In this document: positions 11,201 through 18,594 of the stretch, one piece after another | Numbering within the stretch: the first letter of the stretch is position 1 | Layout of the letters: each line of letters opens with the position of its first letter | Source: a virus | Taxonomy: Duplodnaviria; Caudoviricetes | Direction: 5' to 3' (one strand) | Virus record (IMG/VR): IMGVR_UViG_3300017978_000310 | Coordinates: 1 to 63,296 of that record | Length of the DNA: 63,296 nucleotides | The notes under the pieces: model-generated | What the model was told of the DNA's origin: nothing | The model's input: the letters and a program-made list of their open reading frames with translations, nothing else | Database searches by the model: none | Translations under genes and position numbers: made by a program

Positions 11201-13225
11201 GTATTTCAGCAGGATAAGATATCAAAGGTTCTTTATGGTAAGAACTTAATTAGCGACTCTGTTGGTGGTGGAACGATTGCTTCTATTCCAGAAGTACTTG
11301 GAACACAAATTTCATATACAGGAGAATATGGTATTAGTAACAACCCTGAAAGCTTTGCTATTTGGGGTAATAACTTATACTTCACAGATACTAGACGTGG
11401 GTCTGTATTGCAGTTAACTGAAGCTGGTTTATTTGAGATATCATCAAATGGTATGAAGAACTGGTTTAAGGCACACTTAGATCCATCGACTCAAAAAATT
11501 GGAATGTTTGACCCATACTTTGAGCATTATGTTTTGGCAAGCAATGAGGATGCTATAGAATATTGTATATTCGATGTATCTGAAGATGCTGTTAGTTTTG
11601 GTTCTGGTTCTATAGCTAATCAATATGCATTCCGTATACAATCTAATAGTGAATGGTATATTAGTGTTCCAACAAACAATTGGCTAACCATAAATACTTT
11701 GTATGGAAATGGTGACTCGCTTATATATTTTAGTGCTTTAGCTAATAGTGGTGCACAAAGAAGTGTTACCATTTCAGTACAAGGATGTTCGGTTGATCCG
11801 CATGATGTTATTTTTACGCAAGCTAGTTTAATACCTACTACTACGATTGCACCAACGACTACGATTCCTCCAACTACAACAACTATAGCACCAACTACTA
11901 CATTACAGCCTGTTTGGTATAGAACGACAGCTTGTGTAGATGGATCAACCGTTTTCACAACTCAGCGAACAATAGGGACATTTGCGATTAATGATAGATT
12001 GACATTTGGTGGAGCTTTCTTTGTAGTTCAAGAGGAATTAACTACTCTTCCTGGTGGTCCATTAATTGCCATGACAGGTACTGGTTTAACAGGATGTCCT
12101 GCGACAACTACTACTATTGCTCCTACTACTACATTGCCTCCGGTAACATTTACGTATACTACGTCATGTGCTGGTGGAGCAGGGACAGGGGTAATTACAA
12201 TTACAAGCATTACAGGAGGAACAGGAACTGGCTATCAGTACAGCATCCAGCCTACGCCAGGTATTTGGTATGATTACCCTGCTACAAATCAATTGACAGG
12301 GTTAGCAAACAATACATATAATGTGGCAGTTAGAGATAGTTTAGGTAACGGATCAAGTATCACAGGAATAGTGATAAATTGTGGTTCTCCAACTACAACA
12401 GTTGCACCAACTACAACAGTTGCACCTACAACTACATTGCAACCAGTATGGTACAGAACAACTGCCTGCGTAGATGGGTCTACAGTCTTTACTACACAAA
12501 GAACAATCGGATCGTTTGCTATTAATGATAGACTAACATTCGGTGGAGCATTCTTTGTGGTTCAGCAAGAGTTATACTCAAATCCAGGTGGATCATTAGT
12601 AGCTATGGTAGGAACTGGACTAAGTGGATGCCCTGCAACAACAACGGCACCAACTACCCCTGCCCCTACTACTACATTGGCTCCAATTAACTTTAGCTAC
12701 AGTACCTCATGTGCAGGTGGAGCTGGTACAGGAGTGATTACAATCACAGGTATATCAGGTGGTACAGGAACGGGATATCAATATAGTATTCAGCCTACAC
12801 CGGGTATTTGGTATGATTATCCTGCAAGCAATCAGTTGACTGGATTAGCAAATGGAACATATACCGTAGCCGTACGTGATAGCTTGGGCAATGGAACTAG
12901 TACGCCAGGTATATCAATATCTTGCGTTGATCCAACGACTACTTTAGCACCCACAACTACTGTAGCACCGACAACTACTGTACCACCAACAACTACAACT
13001 ATAACACCGACAACTACTGTACCACCAGCCACTTGTCGTATATATAGATTTATTGATGATACAGGAACAGGTGGAAATGTGATATATACACCATGTGGGA
13101 CTAATACAGAAATAGTGGTATACGTAGATCCATTTACATCGCCAGCATATTGTGTTTTAGATGGAACTTTCCCATTCTCTCCTGATGGAATAATTATAGA
13201 TGGGCCGCTTGCTAATTGTACTTAA
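8240..13225 (+). CDS. Tail stabilisation/nozzle protein with C-terminal BACON-like, mucin-like PTTT and SprB-like repeats
   Basis: GVMNKDLD..LPDGQYRDALN and LFWTDNYNPPRKIN are typical of P22 gp10/crAss-like stabilisation proteins; SNSEW..WLTI..GNG..AN.G..R looks BACON-like; five PTTT tracts. Confidence 0.75.
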   Translation: MAELQRNFLKGVMNKDLDPHFLPDGQYRDALNIIVSDSDATFSTFEGEHNGSVQNYLGNTLMNTSLGLTNAKCIGALSYGASNLIYWLVTADNADAIYEYNESLDLTTIVLKFPKAPGGTTLLNFNEKFLVTGINYINGLLFWTDNYNPPRKINIERCKNFAVNNFTTVTEADINVIVQPPLSSPTISFPSLVNPNPNNLENKFLYFSYRYKYVDDEYSSLSPFSPVAFFPKPFEYDYGVSENISMVNSKNAVDIKYNTGGPNVKEVQLIFIDTLSTNAYVIDNINKEASQFGNNQIKTFRFQNNKVYTVLPADQINRLFDNVPLKARSQELIGSRLVYGNYTQFFNLIDYTGTPINPNFSVSLETSEITDNLPHATFKSNRDYEVGIVYLDDYGRSTTVIVPTANTNTLFIPSDKANYSNDIKITIDESYAPPEFATYYRFVLKQNKQQYYNIFPLTYFQDGQFKWFLINQADVDKISVGSYLYLKNVGSDSSTQIKVLDIESKSANFLNTNNQGQPAGVYFRVKINSSALPNVYVYNRYNFGSAAVSYQPVSNKFNVAEKAIFYGVGTASNLEVTDGNIYSGDNDSRFYIEIESVGVTNKYRVYVIENGRPKTQILDNQTINVGTDVTINYTAPSTTNPYSFKFRFTSVLNLNVGDYWVVNCRNGVVVANASYNIFGGFNYSISNSVPATLLMNTDWNIDGAYIGDRPIKPGAVLSFKIKEPENGNIDTVQTFISTKEYVNIEEWFIEDGVYLKWNQFYQTTNVFAAPVNFRRGHNLSIVPGTSGNTTIYTVSQGGSISAFSLSYPIYMYINGYRNSGTSTISITFNLSQQEEPTLFETVPTDTNQDIYYELTNTYPIINNSHQTNGTNQVLGSVDGIAYLKKEDSVAYPNYDFNAFAWSNGVESFRIRDDFNATTMQFSPRANSTVEGYAEQTLVQALTYSGVYQQTTAINRLNEFNLSLGNFVYLDLFFGSIQKLHSRDTDLVVFQQDKISKVLYGKNLISDSVGGGTIASIPEVLGTQISYTGEYGISNNPESFAIWGNNLYFTDTRRGSVLQLTEAGLFEISSNGMKNWFKAHLDPSTQKIGMFDPYFEHYVLASNEDAIEYCIFDVSEDAVSFGSGSIANQYAFRIQSNSEWYISVPTNNWLTINTLYGNGDSLIYFSALANSGAQRSVTISVQGCSVDPHDVIFTQASLIPTTTIAPTTTIPPTTTTIAPTTTLQPVWYRTTACVDGSTVFTTQRTIGTFAINDRLTFGGAFFVVQEELTTLPGGPLIAMTGTGLTGCPATTTTIAPTTTLPPVTFTYTTSCAGGAGTGVITITSITGGTGTGYQYSIQPTPGIWYDYPATNQLTGLANNTYNVAVRDSLGNGSSITGIVINCGSPTTTVAPTTTVAPTTTLQPVWYRTTACVDGSTVFTTQRTIGSFAINDRLTFGGAFFVVQQELYSNPGGSLVAMVGTGLSGCPATTTAPTTPAPTTTLAPINFSYSTSCAGGAGTGVITITGISGGTGTGYQYSIQPTPGIWYDYPASNQLTGLANGTYTVAVRDSLGNGTSTPGISISCVDPTTTLAPTTTVAPTTTVPPTTTTITPTTTVPPATCRIYRFIDDTGTGGNVIYTPCGTNTEIVVYVDPFTSPAYCVLDGTFPFSPDGIIIDGPLANCT
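11909..12930 (+). repeat. Tandem duplication of a ~178-codon unit
   Basis: PVWYRTTACVDG.. begins at 11909 and 12443 (534 bp apart); proteins nearly identical, DNA synonymously diverged. Confidence 0.9.
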
Positions 13226-13238
13226 ATAAAATAAAATA

Positions 13239-14993
13239 ATGAGGGAATTAAGGTATGTATGTGCTCAACCTGCTAACACGTTTTATGTATGGCAGGTTGA
13301 GACAATAATTAATAATTTTACAAAGAATGGAATAAGCCCTAGCAGTATTGATATATTATTGTCAATTAATGATAATGTTATTCCTGAGGATTGGATTAAG
13401 TTAAAGAATTATTATAGTGGCGTAAATTTTTATTTCTATAATGATACAAGGGATGATAAGTCATATCTACCTGGTGTTTATTTTTTCTTACTAAAAAGGT
13501 ATTCAGAAACTAATGACTTGTCAGATAAGGTATTATTCTTGCATGACAGCGACATAGTATTCACTAGGAGAGTAGATTTCTCTCAAATGCTTAATGATAA
13601 CATTTGGTATTTAAGCGACACAAATAGCTACATAAACTACGACTACATTCAGCAGAAAGGTAACCATGTTTACGAGAGTATGTGTGACATAGTTGGCATC
13701 AATAAACTGATACCAAAACTAATGAATTCTAATTCAGGTGGAGCTCAGTATATAGTTAAAAATACTACTCCTGATTTTTGGGACAAAGTAGAAAAGGACT
13801 CTCTTAAGCTATACAACCATTTCTGTGCTACCGAGCATTTACATATACAAAAGAATGACCACGACTATCCAATACAAAAATGGACAGCAGGTATGTGGGC
13901 TGTGTTATGGAACGCTTGGTTGTTTGGTCATGAAACTAAGGTAGATAAAAGATTAGATTTTGGGTGGAGTACCAATGATATTAGTGATGTAGATAAATAT
14001 TGTATCTTACATAACTCTGGCGTGCTAGATAAAAATAGCGGATTGTTCTTTAAGACAGACTACTTAAACAAGTTGCCTTACAATGACAATTTAGACATAA
14101 CCAAAACAAAGGCATCTTATTATTATTGGTCAGAGGTAAAAGAAGCAGGTAAAAAATCATTTATAAATAAAAAAGAAGTAAGCGATAAGGTATCTTTTAT
14201 TTGCACCACATACGGCAGGTTTAATTGTGTACGTAGAATTGTTGCACAATACCATGCACAGACTCACCCTAATAAAGAGTTAATAATATTTAACACAGAT
14301 GTTGACCATCCGTATGAATTAGGGTTTAATGATCCATCAATTATTGTTGTTAATAATAATATCGATTATAAAACTCAAAAGCCATACACTAATCGTGGTG
14401 ACATTTGCAGAGATGCTATTATCTATGCTTCAGGGGATTATTTTATGTTAGCAGATGATGATGATATATACCTTCCTTGGCATATGGAGCAAGCAGTAAA
14501 TGGAATCATTCTAAATAACAAAGATGCTTGGAAGCCTGAGAAAAGTTTTTACGCAAACATTAATCATCTTGAGATATCTAAGAATGTAATGGAGGCATCT
14601 GTTATTGTTAAAATGGATAGGATCCGGGAGATTGGATTTAGAAATGATATCACAGGATACGAAGGATTATCTTGGTATATGCAATTAGCTTCTGAGGGCC
14701 AGCTTAATGAGCAGGATACATACTATGTTCCTTCTTATTGTTTTAATTGGTCTGATCCACAGGAAATAGGTGGACACAAGCAAAGTGGACACATAGATGA
14801 TGTAAATAATTTTGATAATCATAAATTAAATTGCACAGATTATGCTACTTCACCGCTTACGCCAATTAATAAAGATGAGCTTTATGGGGAGTATTTAAAG
14901 TATTATAATTTTATTATTGAGAACAAGAGTTTATTTAATAATGATTTATTTGAAAAATATATTTCAAGTCATTTATTAAAAGATAATATGTAA
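13239..14993 (+). CDS. Two-domain glycosyltransferase (GT-A domain + GT2-like domain)
   Basis: N-domain LFLHDSDIVF (DxD); C-domain VSFICTTYGR..YFMLADDDDIYLP is a classic GT2 pattern. Confidence 0.8.
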   Translation: MRELRYVCAQPANTFYVWQVETIINNFTKNGISPSSIDILLSINDNVIPEDWIKLKNYYSGVNFYFYNDTRDDKSYLPGVYFFLLKRYSETNDLSDKVLFLHDSDIVFTRRVDFSQMLNDNIWYLSDTNSYINYDYIQQKGNHVYESMCDIVGINKLIPKLMNSNSGGAQYIVKNTTPDFWDKVEKDSLKLYNHFCATEHLHIQKNDHDYPIQKWTAGMWAVLWNAWLFGHETKVDKRLDFGWSTNDISDVDKYCILHNSGVLDKNSGLFFKTDYLNKLPYNDNLDITKTKASYYYWSEVKEAGKKSFINKKEVSDKVSFICTTYGRFNCVRRIVAQYHAQTHPNKELIIFNTDVDHPYELGFNDPSIIVVNNNIDYKTQKPYTNRGDICRDAIIYASGDYFMLADDDDIYLPWHMEQAVNGIILNNKDAWKPEKSFYANINHLEISKNVMEASVIVKMDRIREIGFRNDITGYEGLSWYMQLASEGQLNEQDTYYVPSYCFNWSDPQEIGGHKQSGHIDDVNNFDNHKLNCTDYATSPLTPINKDELYGEYLKYYNFIIENKSLFNNDLFEKYISSHLLKDNM

Positions 14994-14998
14994 ATTTG
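14991..14998 (+). promoter_or_regulatory. Bacteroidota -7 promoter box
   Basis: TAAATTTG overlapping the glycosyltransferase stop codon, 7 nt before ATG 15006. Confidence 0.5.
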
Positions 14999-15005
14999 TA
15001 AATAT

Positions 15006-15728
15006 ATGGCTTATACTATCACATATTCTCCCAATCAAAACGGATGGACATCGTTTCATTCTTACATTCCTGATTGGATGGTTTCAATGAATAACGCTCT
15101 TTATACATTTAAAGATGGGAATTTGTATAAGCATAATTCTAATGAAGTTAGGAATAGCTATTATGGCACGTTGTATCCATCTAAAATAAAAACGATATTT
15201 AATAATGAGCCTTATCAAACTAAGCAATTTAAAACAATTGCAACCAACTCCACTAGTGCTTGGGACACTATTGTGGCATCTGATCAGGGTGATGGGTTTA
15301 TTGATGCTGATTACTACGCTTTAAAAGAAGGTGTATATTATGCATATATAAGAAGAAATCCAGATGACAATAATTTGTCTATGATTTCTGCTCAAGGTGT
15401 GGGTAATGTTACGACATACGCATCCAATGTACTTACATTTAATTTTCAAATTGGATTTATTGTTAGTGTTGGTGACGATCTATATTGGATGAACGGAAGC
15501 ACTATGACATTTGCTGGAACTGTTACAGCTCATAATGCAAATACAATCACTATAAATCAAACAGGGATTGCTCCTGCTAACGGAAGTTTTATTCTTTACA
15601 TTAAGAATAGCGTAGCAGAATCAAGCCCTACACGAGGAACCTACCTTGAAGTTGAGTTTACTAATAATGATACAGAGTACACAGAAATGTTCATGATAAC
15701 ATCTGATGTATTTAAATCATATTCTTAA
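15006..15728 (+). CDS. Tail protein, probably the separated C-terminal part of the stabilisation protein
   Basis: TITYS..GWTSFHSYIPDWM..LYTFKDGNLYKHN resembles the C-terminal propeller segment of such proteins. Confidence 0.6.
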   Translation: MAYTITYSPNQNGWTSFHSYIPDWMVSMNNALYTFKDGNLYKHNSNEVRNSYYGTLYPSKIKTIFNNEPYQTKQFKTIATNSTSAWDTIVASDQGDGFIDADYYALKEGVYYAYIRRNPDDNNLSMISAQGVGNVTTYASNVLTFNFQIGFIVSVGDDLYWMNGSTMTFAGTVTAHNANTITINQTGIAPANGSFILYIKNSVAESSPTRGTYLEVEFTNNDTEYTEMFMITSDVFKSYS

Positions 15729-15734
15729 TATAAC

Positions 15735-15742
15735 TATCTTTG
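15735..15742 (+). promoter_or_regulatory. Bacteroidota -7 promoter box
   Basis: TATCTTTG 3 nt before ATG 15746. Confidence 0.55.
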
Positions 15743-15745
15743 CAA

Positions 15746-16153
15746 ATGGAATTTAATATTAGGTTGCTAAACGACAGCGACTATGATAACACACTAGTTA
15801 AATGGTGGCGTGATTGGGATTGGACAGCACCAGGAAAAGCATCCTTGCCATTAGGTGGCACAGGTGGTTTTATGGTATCCAAAGGAGATGTAGATATTTG
15901 TGCAGGGTTTGCATATTTTACTAACTCTAATATTGCTTGGTGTGAGTTTATTATTTCCAATAAAGAGTACAAAGACAAAGATCGCAATCAAGCGATAGAA
16001 TATTTGATAAATTCTTTGTCTGAGTCTTGCGAAAATGCTGGATATAAAGTTATATTTACAAGTGTTTCGCATAAGAATTTGATTGATAAATACCAGAATT
16101 GTGGCTTTATTAAGACACAAGAAGGTGCAACAGAAATGATAAAATTTTTATAA
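15746..16153 (+). CDS. GNAT-fold acetyltransferase-like protein
   Basis: IRLL..DY start, central beta strands, KNLIDKYQNCGF end; precedes the ejection proteins. Confidence 0.55.
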   Translation: MEFNIRLLNDSDYDNTLVKWWRDWDWTAPGKASLPLGGTGGFMVSKGDVDICAGFAYFTNSNIAWCEFIISNKEYKDKDRNQAIEYLINSLSESCENAGYKVIFTSVSHKNLIDKYQNCGFIKTQEGATEMIKFL

Positions 16154-16154
16154 T

Positions 16155-17018
16155 ATGGCAATAGGAACAGCAGCTGCAATAGGATTAGGCATATCTGCCG
16201 CAGGTTCAGCTAGTCAAATCATACAAGGTGCTAGTGCTAAATCTAAAGCAGATGTAGCCGCATCTAATGCTGCTAATCAATTAGCACGTATACAAGAGGC
16301 TGATAGGCTTCAATCATTACAAGTACCAACTCTTGGACTTGAGTTAGCACAACAAAATATTCAAGCACGCCAAGCACAGCAACTGCAAGGATTGCAAGAC
16401 ATAGGAGCTGCCGGTGTTCTTGGTGGATTAACTTCCATGAATCAGCAAGGACGTGCACAAGATTTGCAATTAGCAGCACAAGCTAATGAGATGGAGGCTC
16501 AAAGAAATCAAATGGTGGCACAAAATGCACAGCAAATTGAACAGAGAAGAGCACAAAGAGAAGGTGCTTTGGCATCGGCTAGATTAGCAGGTGCACAAAC
16601 AATGGCAGCTCAAGGGATGAGTAATGTTCAAGCAGGTATTGCTGGATTAGGTCAGACAGCAGGTCAATTTGCTTTGGCCGCTTATAAAAATAGACCATTA
16701 TATAATACAGAAACTAATACACAAACTAACGCATCAATGGGGTCGGCTGAAGGTCAACAAGCTGCATTAAATGCACGAGCAGCATTTGCACCACAGATTG
16801 CATCTATGAGGCCAGAAGGTATTAATATAAATAATCCAACACTAAACCAATCTAGAGCAAATGTAGCCCAAGCAAATTATATGGATGGTCTTCGTGGATC
16901 ACAAGGTCAATATGAGGCAAGTCAATTAGCAGGGCTTAGGGCAGCACAAGGAAATTTTGAACAACAATATCAATTTGATCCTTTTAATAATCAATACATT
17001 CAAAACGCACCCTTTTAA
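16155..17018 (+). CDS. Internal virion/ejection protein
   Basis: Hydrophobic G/A-rich N-terminus, A/Q-rich helical body. Confidence 0.6.
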   Translation: MAIGTAAAIGLGISAAGSASQIIQGASAKSKADVAASNAANQLARIQEADRLQSLQVPTLGLELAQQNIQARQAQQLQGLQDIGAAGVLGGLTSMNQQGRAQDLQLAAQANEMEAQRNQMVAQNAQQIEQRRAQREGALASARLAGAQTMAAQGMSNVQAGIAGLGQTAGQFALAAYKNRPLYNTETNTQTNASMGSAEGQQAALNARAAFAPQIASMRPEGININNPTLNQSRANVAQANYMDGLRGSQGQYEASQLAGLRAAQGNFEQQYQFDPFNNQYIQNAPF

Positions 17019-17028
17019 TTAATAAAGA

Positions 17029-18591
17029 ATGGCAGAATTTGCAGGATATATAGGTAATCAATATCCACCAACAGATTGGGGTAAGATTGGTAGCGACCTT
17101 TTAGGACAATTCGATAAAGAAGACCAAAGAAGAAAAGAGGAGAAGGAGAAGATTGATAATGATTACGCTGACTCGTTTGCTAAAATTGGACAATACGAGC
17201 AGACTACCGATCAGGATGTTAATGAGTTTATCTACAAAGGTGTGGATGAAGTTCGAAATGGAATGAAGACTCAATACGACTTACTTAAAAAGGGAGCCAT
17301 TACTATGGCCGACTATAAGTTGTATAAAAATACAGCAATGTCTGATTGGTCTAATTTAAATAAAGCAGTAAAAGGTTTTGGTGGAACCATTGAGGCAAGC
17401 CAAAAACTTATTACAGAAGGAAAGATGTCGGGCCTTGGTCAATATAATTCATTAAACTTTGCTAAGTTAGGTGATTTGAAGACAGCTAAGATTATGATTA
17501 ATCCACAGACTGGCAGAATATATCGTACTAATATTGATCCAAAGACAGGAAAGATTGCATCACCTGATGATGTTTATAGCCCATCTGCTATGATTAATCC
17601 TGCAAACTTAGTAGATTTAAAAGTTAATTTAGATGATCAAATTGACCCTTTCTTAAAGCGTTTAGAAAAGGTTGGTGTTGCCAAGAACTTGGGTAACGGA
17701 GTTATTGAAATCGATGAGTCAGCAAGAAACAATCCTGCATTTAAAGAAGCTTTACAAGCACAAATAAATGCTGTCACAGCAACTCCTCGTTCAACGACAA
17801 GTATATTAACAGACTATGTTGGAGACTATCAATTCTTTGAGTCTGATGCACAGAAAAGAGAGTTAGTATCCAAAGGTGTTAGCCAAGATAAATTAATTCA
17901 AGTAAAGCGAAAGAATGGTATTGCTGAACCTGTTTTGACAGATGCTCAAGAGAATGTTGCAAAAGAATTTGTTCGCAATCAAATTGAAGTAGGTGTTGGT
18001 GGAAAAGAAACAATGACTAGGCCATTTCAACCTCGTGCACCTCGTTTAGGTGGATCGGGAAGACCTGAGAAGCTAACGCAAACTGAGGAGGCAATATTAG
18101 CCGCAGGTGACTTTGCGATGAGTGTGATAGATGATGTTGCATTAAGAGGTGCAAATACGCAATATAAATTGCAAATTATAAAAGGGTTAAGAGATGCTGG
18201 ATTTGCAGTTGATCGGAATTCTAAAGTAGAACTTAATAGTAATGGAGGCTTAGATATATATGATACCTCAGGAAAAAGACTTACAGCTTTAAATGCTCCA
18301 GTTGACTTTTTAAGAGTTTTAGGTAAAAAGACTACTGCACAGGCTAATTCTGACATGAACAGATATAACCAATTAAGTCAAGGGGCAATGGGTTACACTA
18401 GCACAAGAGGGCAACAAGCACCTCAACCTGCTCCTGCACCTCAACCTGCTACTGCACCAAGTGGTAATGTAAAAATAGTTCCATTAAATATGGTAAAGCA
18501 AAAGTTGGGTAAAAATGCCACTCAATCTCAAATTGATGCATATATAAAACAACTTGAATCAAGTGGTAATTTTAAAGTAGACAAAAAGTAA
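17029..18591 (+). CDS. Internal virion/ejection protein
   Basis: 520 aa, second of three genes of increasing size at the end of the tail operon. Confidence 0.55.
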   Translation: MAEFAGYIGNQYPPTDWGKIGSDLLGQFDKEDQRRKEEKEKIDNDYADSFAKIGQYEQTTDQDVNEFIYKGVDEVRNGMKTQYDLLKKGAITMADYKLYKNTAMSDWSNLNKAVKGFGGTIEASQKLITEGKMSGLGQYNSLNFAKLGDLKTAKIMINPQTGRIYRTNIDPKTGKIASPDDVYSPSAMINPANLVDLKVNLDDQIDPFLKRLEKVGVAKNLGNGVIEIDESARNNPAFKEALQAQINAVTATPRSTTSILTDYVGDYQFFESDAQKRELVSKGVSQDKLIQVKRKNGIAEPVLTDAQENVAKEFVRNQIEVGVGGKETMTRPFQPRAPRLGGSGRPEKLTQTEEAILAAGDFAMSVIDDVALRGANTQYKLQIIKGLRDAGFAVDRNSKVELNSNGGLDIYDTSGKRLTALNAPVDFLRVLGKKTTAQANSDMNRYNQLSQGAMGYTSTRGQQAPQPAPAPQPATAPSGNVKIVPLNMVKQKLGKNATQSQIDAYIKQLESSGNFKVDKK

Positions 18592-18594
18592 AAT

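Noticed and set aside
11909-12930. Diversity-generating retroelement TR/VR pair
   Set aside because: Differences are synonymous and not adenine-specific; no reverse transcriptase seen
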